A stretch of DNA of 64,000 nt from Octopus vulgaris. Its lineage: Eukaryota. Positions 13,316 through 28,922 of the stretch are shown here, one piece after another. Within the stretch, counting starts at the first letter, position 1. Each line of letters opens with the position of its first letter. The notes under the pieces were generated by a model, which was not told the DNA's origin, ran no database searches, and saw only the letters and a program-made list of their open reading frames with translations. Made by a program: the position numbers and the translations under genes. The DNA lies in contig OX597816.1 in the NCBI GenBank assembly GCA_951406725.2, forward strand, positions 80,972,001 through 81,036,000, read 5' to 3'.

Positions 13316-15212
13316 ATAATTATGTATGGGTACATGCGGACATTCTTTGTTTCCCATTTTTCTCTCATTTATTCACCATCCTTATCATCATCGCTTGAAT
13401 TCGTCTTAACTTGTCGCTTAATATCTGAAAATAAATTGTCCCGTAAAGCCAAATCTTATTACATCAAGTCTTATCTATATCTTAAGCAGTCTTTGACTGC
13501 CCTCCTCCTCATCATCATTACATGAAACTCGGGTACTGCCATTTTCAGCACCCCCTGCTTAATACCATGACTACCGCATCACTTGGATTCACCACTGCAA
13601 CTACCATTATCGTTACCACCCCTGCTAATATGACAGTAGTAGCTGCACACAATTTGGATAACTTACATAATGTTGTAGCGTATTTTTATAAAGGTTGATT
13701 TTTCACAATTTATATAAAAGGTTGCTTCGTCATGGATGACACGGGGCAAGATAACAAGCGCTTGCCAATTTCATATCTTAAATATCTCGAGTCACCTTTT
13801 CTTTATCATACCGCCAAAATCTGCAGCACCGTTGTAACTTAGTACACGACAAACACACCATTCTAAAAATTTTGCCTAAATGTCCTTCAAATTTCATTCT
13901 ATTGACAGTAAAACACTGTACTGACATGTTGGATATTGTAACCTTTGGTATAGCAATAATGTTATTAACTAGAGGGCCTTTAATAATAAGTATATTCCGC
14001 CTGGAAAGATCTGGGATTAGAGAACTAAATCTCACAGAGAGAAAGAAACTGGATGATACGACCCATCATGAACTATGTCCAAATAAATGAAAACATGGAC
14101 ACAGCATGGGTTAAACAAGAATACCTACATCAACAGATATAATAACCGCAATAGTCAATCTGTTATCCAGCTCTAAATGAACTTTAATCAAGCAAATATT
14201 GATGATCAAATATGTCTAAATCGTCAAAGTAACCGTCTAATTTTTGTTCAATTATATTTAGTTATTTATATATTTGAGTGTATTTAGAATTACATTCACC
14301 GGTGTTCCCTTCTTTTTTAAAATAATGTCATTGCAGGAAAATTCAGCTACTACTTTTAACAGGTTGAAAGTCTACGTAAAAGCCCTTTTTATGCAATGTG
14401 ACACAGGATGGTCTACATATGGGAGTTCATAAACGTTATTATCATGAATGTGACTCAAACAAATTTAATGTCTCTTTATTTGACGAAGCGAAAATGTGAC
14501 AATTTATTCGTTCAGTTAGAGAAGGAAAAGGAATTGCCATCTTCGATGGATCCTAAAATCGATGATCTAGTTCACGGGTTCGCAGTTTATTGGTACTAAA
14601 TACTACCAGATTAGATTTATTCACAGTTTTGTTTATGTCATTCCTTTCTTTACATGATTTATTTTAGTCTGTTTACTTTTGATAGTCCTACTTCAGCTCG
14701 GTGAGGAATAGTGAAATCAATTAAAGAAGCATGAGTAATTAGCAGACATATTGTAAAATAATGTACAAGATCTTCAAACCTAGTTTCGATTGACTGCAAT
14801 TGCCACTTTAAAGTATTTCATTTGCTTTGCAGTCATGTTTCGTGGGAAAGGTATAACTGTCAAAAACCTTTCGTCTCCAATTTCGTTCCAACGTATACGA
14901 TCTTGCATTTTTTTTTCAAAGTCGAGGGCAAATACAGGCAGATTTTTCCATAGATACTTTTGAGAAACGGTGAGACTAACAATACATTTATCTTATTTTT
15001 TGCCCTCTTTAAAGTCTTACGACTGACTTCTCGAGTTGTTTCTCTACATTTAGATATTCTACACAGAACTTTTGCTACTCAGAAGTTTTCTTATTCCATC
15101 GACAAAGATTGATATTGTTTCTTCACGCTATGACATGAATTCAGCACGACACCATAATATATCCTTGGGCTAATCATTTATGCATAATGTGTACTTGTTT
15201 GTTTGTTTGTGT

Positions 15213-15243
<31 letters not shown>

Positions 15244-16284
15244 CACATGTAATGTGCTCGTGTGTGTGAATTCTTAAAGACAGGTTGTTTGAGTGTTTAT
15301 TTTCTTTATGCTTCATGAATCTTCAACTGAACAATAGCTATATGCATGTATAAGAAATAGCGTGTATATATATATATATATATATACTTACATATGTACA
15401 TACATACATACTACATAAACACATAACCACACGCATAACGTCCGTACGTAAATGCAAACATTGATTTATTTAATTATTCGAAACTAGAGCCTTGACACTT
15501 ATTACATTACTATTCCATTTCTCAATACGATGAAAGTAACAGTAATCTCAGGCTAGCTAAGGAATGAAATATCAGCTTCGAAAAAATAAGTTAAGTCTAC
15601 TACATATAACTAGTTCTTTTTCTTTTTCTTTTTTGTATAGTTTTTGTACATCTACGCACACACACATAGTGGGTGGTAGGGGCCCATAAATTCTTCTTCT
15701 CTAAATATATTTATATTTTATATAGGACAGCAAAACCTTACTTCTACTACATTAGTAGGGATCTCGTGGTCTGAGGCAAGTCAGTATTAGAAGTCGTGCC
15801 TAGTGTTCAGATGAAGAATTAATATCAATGTATCCATGAGTGCTATATATAGATGTTGTTCCTCCGTTTTCCCAGATAAATTAAATTAAGAAAGATTTAA
15901 ATGCTTTTTTTTTTTTAAGATACATTATCACTCCACCACAAGATAATTAAATCCTGTTCGTTGATTGAAAGACCTGGGTTATTCAATCGTCAATGAAAAG
16001 TTTATGGCTACAAATGTAAATGTAAAATTTAAGTAGTGAAGTCGTAAACATCAAACACTTATATATGCCGCTTGGATGTGCGCGCGTGCGTGTGCTTACA
16101 AGCAGAATATATGATTATCCTGTAATTACATTGTTATTTGTTCAAATAATTACACAGTCGATTGCGTATATCACGATATGATGGTAACTGCAAAATTAAT
16201 CTTATAATCTTACTGCATAATTTACCGCTCCTAGAAGGAAACTTAAATGGGAAATATATATATATATATATATATTCTTTTGAT

Positions 16285-16338
16285 TACTCTTTTACATGTT
16301 TCAGTCATTTGACTGTGGCCATGCTGGAGCGCCGCCTT
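16285..16338 (-). mobile_element. SINE family A extreme 3' tail fragment
   Basis: TGTTTCAGTCATTTGACTGTGGCCATGCTGGAGCGCCGCCTTTA matches the family A tail. Confidence 0.8.
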
Positions 16339-16355
16339 TATATATTATATATATC

Positions 16356-16391
<36 letters not shown>

Positions 16392-16734
16392 CAGTAGAAT
16401 GTACTATGTTCTATCACGTGTAAGGAGTACAGAGATAGCCTGATGGTTGAAGAAGGCGCATTTAACTCAGACAAACCAAAAGTATTGGCTTTAACATAAC
16501 TTTCGTGTTGCTATCGAAGCTAATCTCAGATGCAGTATAGAAAAAGAATTCATAACTTTCAACTTTATTGTTTATTTTCGTTTACTGAAATAATCGATAA
16601 ACTGTGTGTGTTCGTGTTCGTGTTTGTGTGTGTGCGTGTATGTGTGTGTGTATGTGTGTTGCAAGCGAGAGGAAAACAGAGGTAGACAAATAGGTTGTCA
16701 AAAGGTGCAGATTGCGAGAGGGCAACTGAAAGTA

Positions 16735-17305
16735 TTGGGTTGTATGGAAAGTCCGTGCCGATTTATAGTAGCTTACCTTTCGACTTATTTTAGACCATGG
16801 CTGAGTCCATAAAATAGGATTTTACTACACCTCCATTTAGAGTAGAGTTTAAGCTATCTTTTCGTGGAAGAAGGTTTATGTTCCTATAACCTGTGTTAAT
16901 TCAATTCTGTAACCCTTTAAAATGGAAGATAAGAAAGTTCATTTTCGGTACTTGATGCTTTGGGAACCAGACAAAAATTGCTACAGCTCGGCTGGGATGT
17001 GTTACCCCACCCTCCATATTCACCAGATATTGCTCCTTCGGATTTCCACTTATTCATGTTTCTGCAGAATAGTCTTAATGGTAAAAATTTCAATTACTTG
17101 AATGACGTAAAAAGATACCTTGATGGATTCTTTGCCATGAAACCACCTCAATTCTGGGAAGAGGGTATTTACAAGTTGAAGGAAAGTTGGAGACGCATTG
17201 TGTAACAAATTGGTGAATATTCGGTTGATTAAAAATGTAATGGCAAGTATTTATTGACCTTTTTCTTTCCTTTGAAAATCGGCACGAACTTTCCGGACAA
17301 CCCAA
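16735..17305 (+). mobile_element. Internally deleted mariner DNA transposon (571 bp), non-autonomous
   Basis: TA duplication at 16733-16734 and 17306-17307. TIRs TTGGGTTGTATGGAAAGTCCGTGCCGATTT / AAATCGGCACGAACTTTCCGGACAACCCAA. The transposase start MEDKKVHFRYLMLW (ATG 16922) is joined out of frame to the C-terminus TRQKLLQLGWDVLPHPPYSPDIAPSDFHLF...WEEGIYKLKESW (YSPDL motif with the last D of DD34D). Confidence 0.95.
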
Positions 17306-19381
17306 TACATTGCAAGGGAGCAAGTGTGTGATTGCTTGTCGGTGTAAAAGAAATTGCTGGAGGGTGGGTGATGAATGCCAAGGCCAAAGAAAGTGTTCAA
17401 AGAAGAAGATTAAAATGTTACTGTAAAGTATTATATACATGGATATACACACGCATACACATAAAGCAAGAGTGCTGAGAAGAAAGCATCTGGATAAGAT
17501 GACGAAAGCAAAACGTATAAATTAAGGTGAAAAGGGGAAGAGTGAAAAAAAATAAGAACTATAAATAATGTATGATTTCTTGAAAACAAGTATGAAATGA
17601 AATGGAAACAACGTGGTGCAACAGGGTTGATATTTCTTTCACTAATATCTCATTTATATTGGTCAATCAATTCTTCGTCTACATGAAATTTTCTTGTTAG
17701 TTTTCTTTTTGCATCATTCTTTTATTGTAACTGATATTTTGTTTTTGTCTTTGCAACTTCTTAGCCTTTTCTTGTCTTTAACACTTTTTTTCCTTTTCTT
17801 CTTTGTAGCTTTAACCCGATATGCTAATAGCAGAGGAACTATTTCAAAATTCTCCATTCTAATGACTGAAATTGTTTTAGTTTGTAAAGAACAAAGACTA
17901 CAAATTATACAAATAATAGGAAATTATGCAAGCAATGAAACTGAACAAACAAACATACAAAAATAATTCATGAATAAACAAACTAATTCATATTATCGCA
18001 CGCATTTATGATAAATAACATATTGGGTTTCAGCTGCACATCTAGAATTTCAGTGTTGAATATGCATCCGCAAGCCTTGCAGCAAGTGTCGCTCATTCAT
18101 TACTATACATCTCAGTAACTTTGGGTACCACCTCTACTGAAACCTACTCATTTCAATCGCCTTTGCTCTATTTGTCATTCCAACAGCATACCACTGTATG
18201 CAGCAACTTGCACTAAGCATTTAAATACTTTATTCGACAATCCGATACTTCTTTTGAACTATCTGTTTTCTGGAACTCCCACCTCATTAATCTTGTATAT
18301 TTTCACTAAAATATACTGTGCCTATCTTCTGTATCGTCCGGGGGTGGGGGACTGAAAGTGATTGTGTTCACTGCTTTTTTCCCTTATAACTACATTGTAA
18401 AAAGAAGAAAAAAAGCGAGCAGTGTAGTGCAACAGGAAGATCTCAAGAAATTTTCACAACACTGGTTCAATTCTCATTTGAAGATATTTTATTTTCTTGA
18501 TCGTTAAGGCATTATCATCATAACATCAGGAATCCTGTTTTTAAAGAATATCTGTAAAAAAACATTATGGCCATAACATTATGACTCACTGCCCCTAAAG
18601 AAAAAGGAGCTACTTTAAAAACTGCGGTTAACCTCGGTTTTTGTAACATTCTGAAATGATAGTAACTTGATAATTGATCATCCACTGGTCAATTATCACA
18701 TTGCTATTGATAATTATCAAGTTACAATTATTAAGTTACATTGTCGTTGATAACTGATCATCTATTGAGAGTGGCAGATAAAATTCAGGCGAGCTGAAAA
18801 GGCGTTAATAAAATTATCGCTTTAAACTATAAATATTTTTCGAAAAAAGATCACTAACATCAAAATAGTGTAATGTTCTTTCTCTAACACTAACAGAAAA
18901 AAATTACTAAATCGCACAAGAACAACATGAAAATTAAATCTTCAAAGTAGCTTAAATGTTTGTAGTCATAATCTCTAAAATCTCTCATAACGACACAACA
19001 TATACAATATTACCAATAGATGCATCACAAACAGTGATATACTCCATCAGAGGTAGAACACTGCAGTTACTGAACCTATGCAAATTTCATATAACAAACC
19101 TAGTACTGTTTACATCAGTTAGACTGTGATGCTACATACGCCAGCACACATGCACACAAATACACACACATTATATGAGCTATTACCATATTTCCCCTAT
19201 TGTCCTGTGCCTTAAGGTTATCTTCCACAGTCATATATAGTATATGCCACGTATACTGCATGTTATATATGTCATATGTTATAGAAATTAATTTATGTAC
19301 ATCATATTAATATACATTGCATATTAGGAAAGCTTAGTCATCTCTTAATTTCTGATAACAATCATATACATATACAGAATG

Positions 19382-19750
19382 GTCATCATCGACATCGCGT
19401 ACCCTGGAGACAGCAGAATTGTCGCAAAGGACAGAGAAAAAGACACGAGATATGAAGCTCGGAAGAGAGAAATCGAAAAAGCCATAGTCAATGGAAAACG
19501 GTGAATATTTTGTCAATAATTTGTGCCTTGGGTTCAGTGAGCAAAGATATTGATAAGTGGTTGGAAAAGATGGGCATAAAAAATGAAAACAGAGCACATC
19601 CAGAAAACAGCATTATTTGGTATGCCACAAGTCTCCGCAAAGTTCTTGGGAATTGGAAAGAACATGCCGCCTTTCTTCACGGTAAGTGAATACCTGGTAC
19701 ATTAAAGACATTCCAAAGGAGTTGAAATGCTAGATATAATAATAATAACA
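19382..19750 (+). mobile_element. Dong/R4-like LINE 3' fragment (REL endonuclease end, 3' UTR, TAA tail)
   Basis: VIIDIAYPGDSRIVAKDREKDTRYEA from 19382, then IICALGSVSKDIDKWLEKMGIK...SLRKVLG (ORF 19501-19689), ending in (TAA)4 at ~19737. Confidence 0.8.
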
Positions 19751-20066
19751 CTTGCAACCAGTTAAGAGCAGAAGCCATGAGAGCCACTGATTAGAAGTGT
19801 TATCATGAGAAGTGGTATTGAGAAATCAGCAGTTACTCGATCCAGATTACAAGTTTACAAAGGGACTGACTCTCAGACTGGGGGATAAACAGACAGACAG
19901 ATAGATATTGGACAGGCAGACATAGACGAAGAGACGATCGCTGAATGGACAGAGAGATAGATCTCAATGTAGAAAGAAGAAATATATAACACAACTTCAC
20001 GACGTTTGAATAATTATACATATTAGACTTTATCATTAACTTAAGTGCTAATCAGAAATCATATAC

Positions 20067-20133
<67 letters not shown>

Positions 20134-22092
20134 CATACAAACATACATACAGAGAGAGAGGAGAGGTATATGCATGTGTGTATTCTCTTGACAATATATA
20201 TATATATATGTATGTATGTATGTGTATATATATATATATATATATTAATATATCCATCGACTATGCTTCTGTTTAAGCACGTTAGCGCAAGTAACAGAAA
20301 GTCGAGATATGTAATTAATTAATGTACATAGTATTATTTTTTTTGAAATACTTACAGATATATTAATTATGTTTATTTACTTAATTAAATATCAACCTCC
20401 TCATATTTCTACATGGAATTAGTGTCTACATTCATAATCAATAAATAATCTATTTATATAGCTATATCCATCAAAACACACACACACACACATACATGCA
20501 CACACAAACACCTATATATAAACTTATATAGAGACATTTCTGTGCATACGTGTGTGTATATGTAGATATATACACGAGCCGTATTATGACTGTCGAAGAG
20601 ACTACTCATCATTGACAAAACACACACACACATACACACACACACACATATATATATATATATGTATGTATATGTATGTATGTATGTATGTATATATATA
20701 TAACATATGTATACCCTTATCGTCATTTGCATTCACCATCCCTTGGAGTGATGGTGGTTCATCTAACAATTCTCCTCTATTCATCTCTAACTTCTGCTGC
20801 ACTTATTAATTGTTACATCTTCAATCCTGTTATCTCTATAATGTAATCAATCCTGTTCTTTATGCTTGGGTCTTCCTAGATACATACAAAGACTCTTTTG
20901 TATGAACACAGGAAGAGATGAGATAGATTAATCAGAATTAGATGTATTGGCATCGCTATACATATTTAGGTCTCTATAAGTAGTAAACATTTTCATAGCT
21001 ATTAGAATTTGAGAAAATTCATTTTAACGTCTGTGTTTAGATTGGAATACTTAACATTGATGGCTTTCTCCAGACACTATGTATTAGTGAAAGTGAAACG
21101 TAACTTATACACAAACAGAAACGTATTAAAGACTTGACTAGATCTTCGATCGTATTCTACAGTGCTTTCCGGCACTTACATTAAAATATTGAGATATTTT
21201 CCTTTGCTTATATTCCTACGGACATAATGTTTGAATGCAAGATCCAGTAAGGTCTCTTCACTGATATAACACGCTACCCATCTATTTAGAAATAAAAAGA
21301 GAAAAGAAGAAAACGGACACAAGAAACGTGAAAACTGGAGGATGAAATGTGAGATACGCAATAACTGAAAAATTAGCTATAGCCATTGTTAGAACACTGT
21401 TGATCATAGTTCTGCTTAATCAAAGACCTGGTACTAAACACCAAGAATATTAAAATGCGGTTATTAATTTGTGTGCGTGTGCGCAAGTTTATGTTTGCGT
21501 GTGCAAGTGTAACCAAGACAACAGCTTCCCTATTAGGCGTGATGTGTATCTTAGTTAATTACTTTTCATTCAGCTCTTTTTCACACGGATTTATTTACAT
21601 TCTGGTAAGAGGATTATATTTCAAATTAAGTACTGTCGGGATACATTTAACATTATAATAGTAAATCCTGAGAACCATATGTACTAAAGTAATCCAAAAT
21701 AAACAAAATTAGTAATTAAGAATAATTTAAGCGTTTCCAAGATTTCTCAAACGTTTTCATACGAACTATTCTAAGTTGATAATCTATGGTATTAATCTAC
21801 ATAGGTATTTTCCAGTGATGAGTCCACATGCCGTCCATAAACTATTAAGCTTTCTTATCTCAAAGGATTTGTAAAGTAAAATAGAAACTAGAAAATTCAA
21901 AATGAAAATTTTCTTTTATTCATTCTTTTATCTTTTCCAATTGTTTCTGCCAAATTCCGTGTCTTGCCTTCTTTCTTAAACTTACATATGCCATCATATT
22001 CAACTGGATATCGTACAATTCTCCATAAAATGAATTATTTAATTTTTAAACAATACTTTTTTCCATTATCCTGCAGGCAGGCAGGCAGGCAC

Positions 22093-22136
<44 letters not shown>

Positions 22137-22905
22137 ATATACATATATGGACAGAAAACGGATAGATAGGGAGATAGATAGATAGGCAGACAGACAGACA
22201 GACGTATGTGGTAACGTACGTATCTATCTGTGTATGTATGTATCTATCCACCTACAGTAGGCCGGCAGGCAGGTAGGCAGGTATGTATGTATGTATGTAG
22301 GTAGGTAGGTATGTATGTATGTATGTATGTATATAGGTAGGTAGGTAGGTAGGTAGGTAGGTAGGTAGGTAGGTAGGTAGGTAGGCAGGCAAGCAAGTTT
22401 GAAAATGAATATCTATGTTTCAAATAGGTGTATGTTCATGCTTGTGTACCTGTCTGTGTGTGGGCATAATATATATGTGTGTCGATAGAAACTTTATAAG
22501 TTCACTGAAGAATAACTAAAGATGCCGAATGTCTGCATAATTGTATCCATTAGGTTTCATATAGTAAAGTATCGGCTCACTTCTCAACCCAGTCGTTTGT
22601 TTCAGTTCTTCAATTCTTCAAATTGGTTACAGAAGACGATTTCTCCAAGAAAACTAAAATATTAAATGGGGTGATCGAATTTAAATTTCATGTAAATAGT
22701 GGTTCAATGTTATCTGATCAGACAGTTTTGATGGATGGAATATAAATATTAAGAATATAGATTTCAGATTTGTGCCTCATTGAATCTAAATGGTCTCAAC
22801 AGCTAACATTCATATACACATACATATATACAGACATGTGCTACATACGTATGTATGTATGTATGTACATACGTACGTACATACATACATACATACATAC
22901 ATACA

Positions 22906-22938
<33 letters not shown>

Positions 22939-23042
22939 GCCCGTGCGTGCAATGGTCAAAGGATCGACATTTGAAGAAAATATTCATCCAATTATGCAAA
23001 TTAAAATCATATATATATATGTGTGTGTGTGCATGTGTGTGT

Positions 23043-23087
<45 letters not shown>

Positions 23088-23462
23088 CAAATACTCACAC
23101 ACGCACACATATGTAGACAGATAGAGACAGATATAGGAGGGAGGGAGAGGGGATTGGGGAAAGAGAGAGAGAGAGACTTCTCCTGGAGATAAGGGATAAC
23201 TGCGTACTGTTCACTCCGAAGTTATTACAGTGTTTCTTCCTATTTTGATACCGGTGTAGAGGGCAAAACATTTCAGGTGATATGAGTGATGCCTTGATCA
23301 GAAAACTTACACAGCTTTCAATGTCGAAATTTTAGTGTCCCCAAAAATTTATAACGAGCCTTTCCTTTTGCTTCGTAATGATGCCAACCTCTTTTTGCAG
23401 GTCAAATGGCTCGTAGTTGTTATAGTTTTATCTATGAGCATTGGATTGATTTCAGCTTAATA

Positions 23463-23692
23463 TTCTTTTACTTTTTCGGTCATTTGACTGCGGCCATGCT
23501 GGAGTACCGCCTATAGTAGAGCAAATCGACCCACCCAGGACTTATTCTTTGTAAGCCTAGTACTTATTCTATCGGTCTCTTTTGCCGAACCGCTAAGTTA
23601 CGGGGATATAAACGCAACAGCATCGGTTGTCAATCGATGTTGGGATACAAACACATACACGCAAACGTATACACACACAAACATATATATGT

Positions 23693-23754
<62 letters not shown>

Positions 23755-23911
23755 GATGGGCGTCTTTCAGTCTCCGTCTACCAAATCCAGTCACAAGCCT
23801 TTGGTCGGCCCAAGGCTATAGTAGAAGACACTTGCCCAACGTGCCACTCAGTGAAACTGAACCTGGAACCATGTGGTTGATAAGCAAGCTACTTCCCACA
23901 CAGCCACTCCT
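23463..23911 (-). mobile_element. SINE family A, near full length
   Basis: Collinear with 3606-4014 including A/B boxes; expanded internal (TA)n. Confidence 0.9.
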
Positions 23912-25130
23912 TTGTCTTATTAGAGATGAATTGGAGATCGATTTAACTTACTATGTTGGTTGGTCTATCTATCTGTTCTGAAAGACTCCCGAAAATATCT
24001 CTGCCAATTTCTCGCAACATAACTAATCTGTTTTGTAATTTTCAAAATGCACTATTCTCATTATTAACAGTGAAGATTATTAATACCAACAACACTACAC
24101 ATTGAAAGCATTAGTTTGGATTAGAAGGAAAAAAAAGAGAACCAGTGACGGAACACCAATCTTCTCCTGGAAGAATGAGAAGTAAAGATGACTTCTGTAG
24201 GATTTGAACTTAGAATGTAAGAACATGTAACTAAATACCGTTAAGCAGTTTATCGTCCGCTTTTCGAACTTAGTGAATATTAACACCAATATTTCAAAAG
24301 ATACGACGCAGAAAAAGAATAGATAAATTAGCTTAGTAGAAATAGAAGAATCTTACACTGCGACATAGTTAGATGCTGCAGGAACTGGTGATAGTTATCC
24401 AAAGTTATATTAGCATAAATATTTTTAACTAGCTAAACTGACTAAAGAAATATAAAAGAAAACCTAATTATTCACAAGTTTTCGTAATAGTTATGTTATC
24501 TTTGGAAAATTCAATTCCAGGAGTTTTATATTTATACTGACGCATGAAGCACTGAATATATTTGCACATTTTTCTGTGTTATAACTGCTAGTTGCTACAA
24601 GAAGTCATTCTACAAAGAACATACGTCCATATATAAACACACACACACACACACACATACGTATTGATCAATTTGAAATAGAAACTGTGTTAAAAAGCAA
24701 GACAGAATGGTGATGTTGGAAGCGCAGATAATGATCACAGCTCTCCAAGGGCCATCAGAAGAGAGGAAGATCTTTAGGTCAGAAGACAGCTCCTACTACA
24801 CTGAACATTGACGAACGTGTTCTTGTTGTTGTTGCTGTTTTTGTTGTTTCATCCAAGATCAAAGGCATTTCATTTATATTATCCAGTTTCTTTTAACTAA
24901 AATGCTTAATGTGCCTTTTATTTATGAGGGTGAGGTGTAATTACGAATTGACTGCTGTTAAAAGCAAGACAACAACGTAGAGACCCACTGGTTTGCGTGG
25001 AAATTGAATCAGAGTTTCTAATTCAAATTACTTCATTTAATGCCGTTAGAAAAGCATAAATCCTTTATGATGTCAGAGTTATTATATACAAATATGATTT
25101 CAAAGTTATTATATACAGAAAATGTATTAC

Positions 25131-26365
<1,235 letters not shown>

Positions 26366-27317
26366 ATTGTACGCTTATTTTTTTTCCTTCTGGTATTGCC
26401 TAAATCCGAAAACCACAAATGGCTTGACTTTACTTCATAAACCGAAATACCAACGAAGAAATCTCGAGATGAATCAATTTATCAAACAGTCGGAAGAAAT
26501 AGACATCTAAATTTTAATAAAAGAAGATACCTGACATGCAGTGCATCTATTGAAAGGCGACCTCTGGAGACAGGATTTACAAAAGCCATATCGGAAACAT
26601 TGTCTGCCATCTTGGTTACAGCTATTGCACTTAGAAGGCATATGAACCTTATAATACTGCATTTAATACCTTACTCTAAATTATAAGACCTTTGTAGCCA
26701 AATTAAAGATAAAAATAATATTAACTTCATTTCATGAGAGATACCAGAGGAAGTACTAACAGCCTTTCCTTTGATGTCATTGTATCAATATATCTTTCAG
26801 CTTATTACTTTTTTTTTTCTGTTTTTGTATTTGTCTCTTGGTGCGCTTCGTTTTAATTTTGACTACTTTTATTTCTTTTCTTTTTTTTTTATCAAATATG
26901 AATTCCATTATTGTGTGGTTTCAAGGATGTTTCACTGCACGAAACTGTTTGAGGGCAAAGCATTCACAATAATAAGGACAGGAAAAGCTACTTATTTTGG
27001 TATTGCTTACACCCACACACGCACATACATACACAATCACATACACATGCACAAACACACACTCATACATACAGTATAGATCGAAATAGAATTGGTAATA
27101 TATATACTGGTGCCAGATAAATGTAAGCGCGGGTGTATATGTATATATTACAGTGCCTAAAGAAATCAATAGGTTATATAAGTGCAATATAAACACACAC
27201 ATATGTGTGTGTGCATGCATGTATGTGATTTTCATATATATTGTTTAAATCAAAATCAATTCCTTCACTCATATACATACATATATACACTCAAACGTAT
27301 ATGTATATTCGTGTATA

Positions 27318-27324
<7 letters not shown>

Positions 27325-27366
<42 letters not shown>

Positions 27367-27485
27367 TATATTTATATATATATGTATGTATGTATAGACA
27401 GATATACACACAAACATATATATATATATATATACATATTATATTTATATATATATGTATGTATGTATAGACAGATATACACACA

Positions 27486-27522
<37 letters not shown>

Positions 27523-27568
27523 TATATTTATATATATATGTATGTATGTATAGACAGATATACACACA

Positions 27569-27607
<39 letters not shown>

Positions 27608-27651
27608 TATATTGATATATATATATGTATGTATAGATAGATATACACACA

Positions 27652-27688
<37 letters not shown>

Positions 27689-27693
27689 TATAT

Positions 27694-27745
<52 letters not shown>
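27325..27745. repeat. Minisatellite of ~75-85 bp units built from microsatellites, about 4.5 copies
   Basis: Unit CATATTATATT(T/G)ATATATATATGTATGTATGTATAGACAGATATACACACAAACATATATA(TA)n repeated. Confidence 0.9.
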
Positions 27746-27750
<5 letters not shown>

Positions 27751-28506
27751 ATTGTACGTTAATAATTATTAGTTATAAAGTATTAGGTGTATTGTATCAA
27801 ACGAATTTAATAGTTTTTCTATCAGTAAAAATAAAATTATCACAAAGAGAACAAAACTAAAGATGAAAGAAATTTGTAGGAACTGGAGTGCGCGGGTGCA
27901 TGTGTGTATGTAGATGTGTATTCACACATGTATGTACATCTGTATACATACGTACATGCATACATATAACCGCGTGTGTGTGTTTGTGTGTGTGTGTGTG
28001 TGAATATATCTTAAGCAGGGAAACTAGAAAAGAGAAGAGAAAATTTCAATATTTCCGCCTGTGGGTTTTTCGGATTGTTACCAACACAGATATTTCTAGT
28101 GTGTTTTGTGTAAGTTTCATTCCTCGCTACATCGTTTGCCCCATGCGAATCACGTTGAATTTGTACAAGTATATATCAAAATGTCCTTCTTGATACATGC
28201 ATACGTACATGAATACGCACATATATACATATTGTCAGTCTAGATGAACTTGGGTTTTCAGTAAAAGAAATCGACCAACTGACTCACACATTACAAATAT
28301 AATCTGTAAGTGGAATGGTAAAACAATGCAAGATTTCTCTGGTTTGAAAATGCGAGATTGTTTTTATTAAAATTTCACTGATGGAGCTTTGTATCTTTGT
28401 TAGAAAGCAGCTCATTCTTCATAGGAATGTAAATAATTGAAAATAGAAAGAACATATATACATACATACATACATACATACATACATACATACATACATA
28501 CATACA

Positions 28507-28922
28507 CCTGCAGTGCAGTTACTCTATCCAGATTACAATTTCAGGTTTATATCTATAATTATTGGGGCCCTGGGATATGTAACACTACCTGAATACCAAT
28601 CTTGAGAAATTAGGCTTCTCAAAACTAGAAAGGAGAAAGCTGATTCGAAACTATATATCCAATCCATCACTGAAATTGAAAAAGTTTGTAAAAATGTCCG
28701 GAAGTTTATCAGTTAGGTATATATGAGCATGTCTAGATATGCAAGTATATGCATGAGAAGACACACATAAAACAAAACATACAAATCTACACGTATACAT
28801 ATATACATGCATACAGAAATACCCTGTTGTTGATGTTGAAATTCCAGTGAAGGAGCCTTGGATCTAGGTTAGAAACCGGCTCTTTCTCTATTAGCAAGAA
28901 ATCTTGAAATAAAATTAAATAA
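28507..28922 (+). mobile_element. 5'-truncated R4/Dong-like LINE (REL C-terminus + complete 3' UTR) inserted in (CATA)n
   Basis: QLLYPDYNFRFISIIIGALGYVT / YLNTNLEKLGFSKLERRKLIRN is homologous to QLLYSNYEFIFIPIIIGVLGCVS...ENLNKL at 4337-4531; (CATA)n on both sides. Confidence 0.88.

Noticed and set aside
13778-14090. Overlapping 72-aa and 85-aa ORFs in unique sequence
   Set aside because: No motif or splice support; cannot be assigned without a search.
14780-14977. ~65-codon minus-strand open stretch (SLTVSQKYLWKNLPVFALDF...VAIAVNRN*)
   Set aside because: No recognisable homology, weak acceptor, and a length within chance expectation.
26531-26615. CAAGATGGCAG (YY1/Kozak-like) start of MADNVSDMAFVNPVSRGRLSIDALHV on the minus strand
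   Set aside because: The donor CAG|GTATCT is weak, and no partner exon or homology was recognised.
27325-27745. Regularly spaced repeats resembling a CRISPR array (also 52055-52250)
   Set aside because: The spacers are only variable TA runs, the context is eukaryotic, and there are no cas genes.
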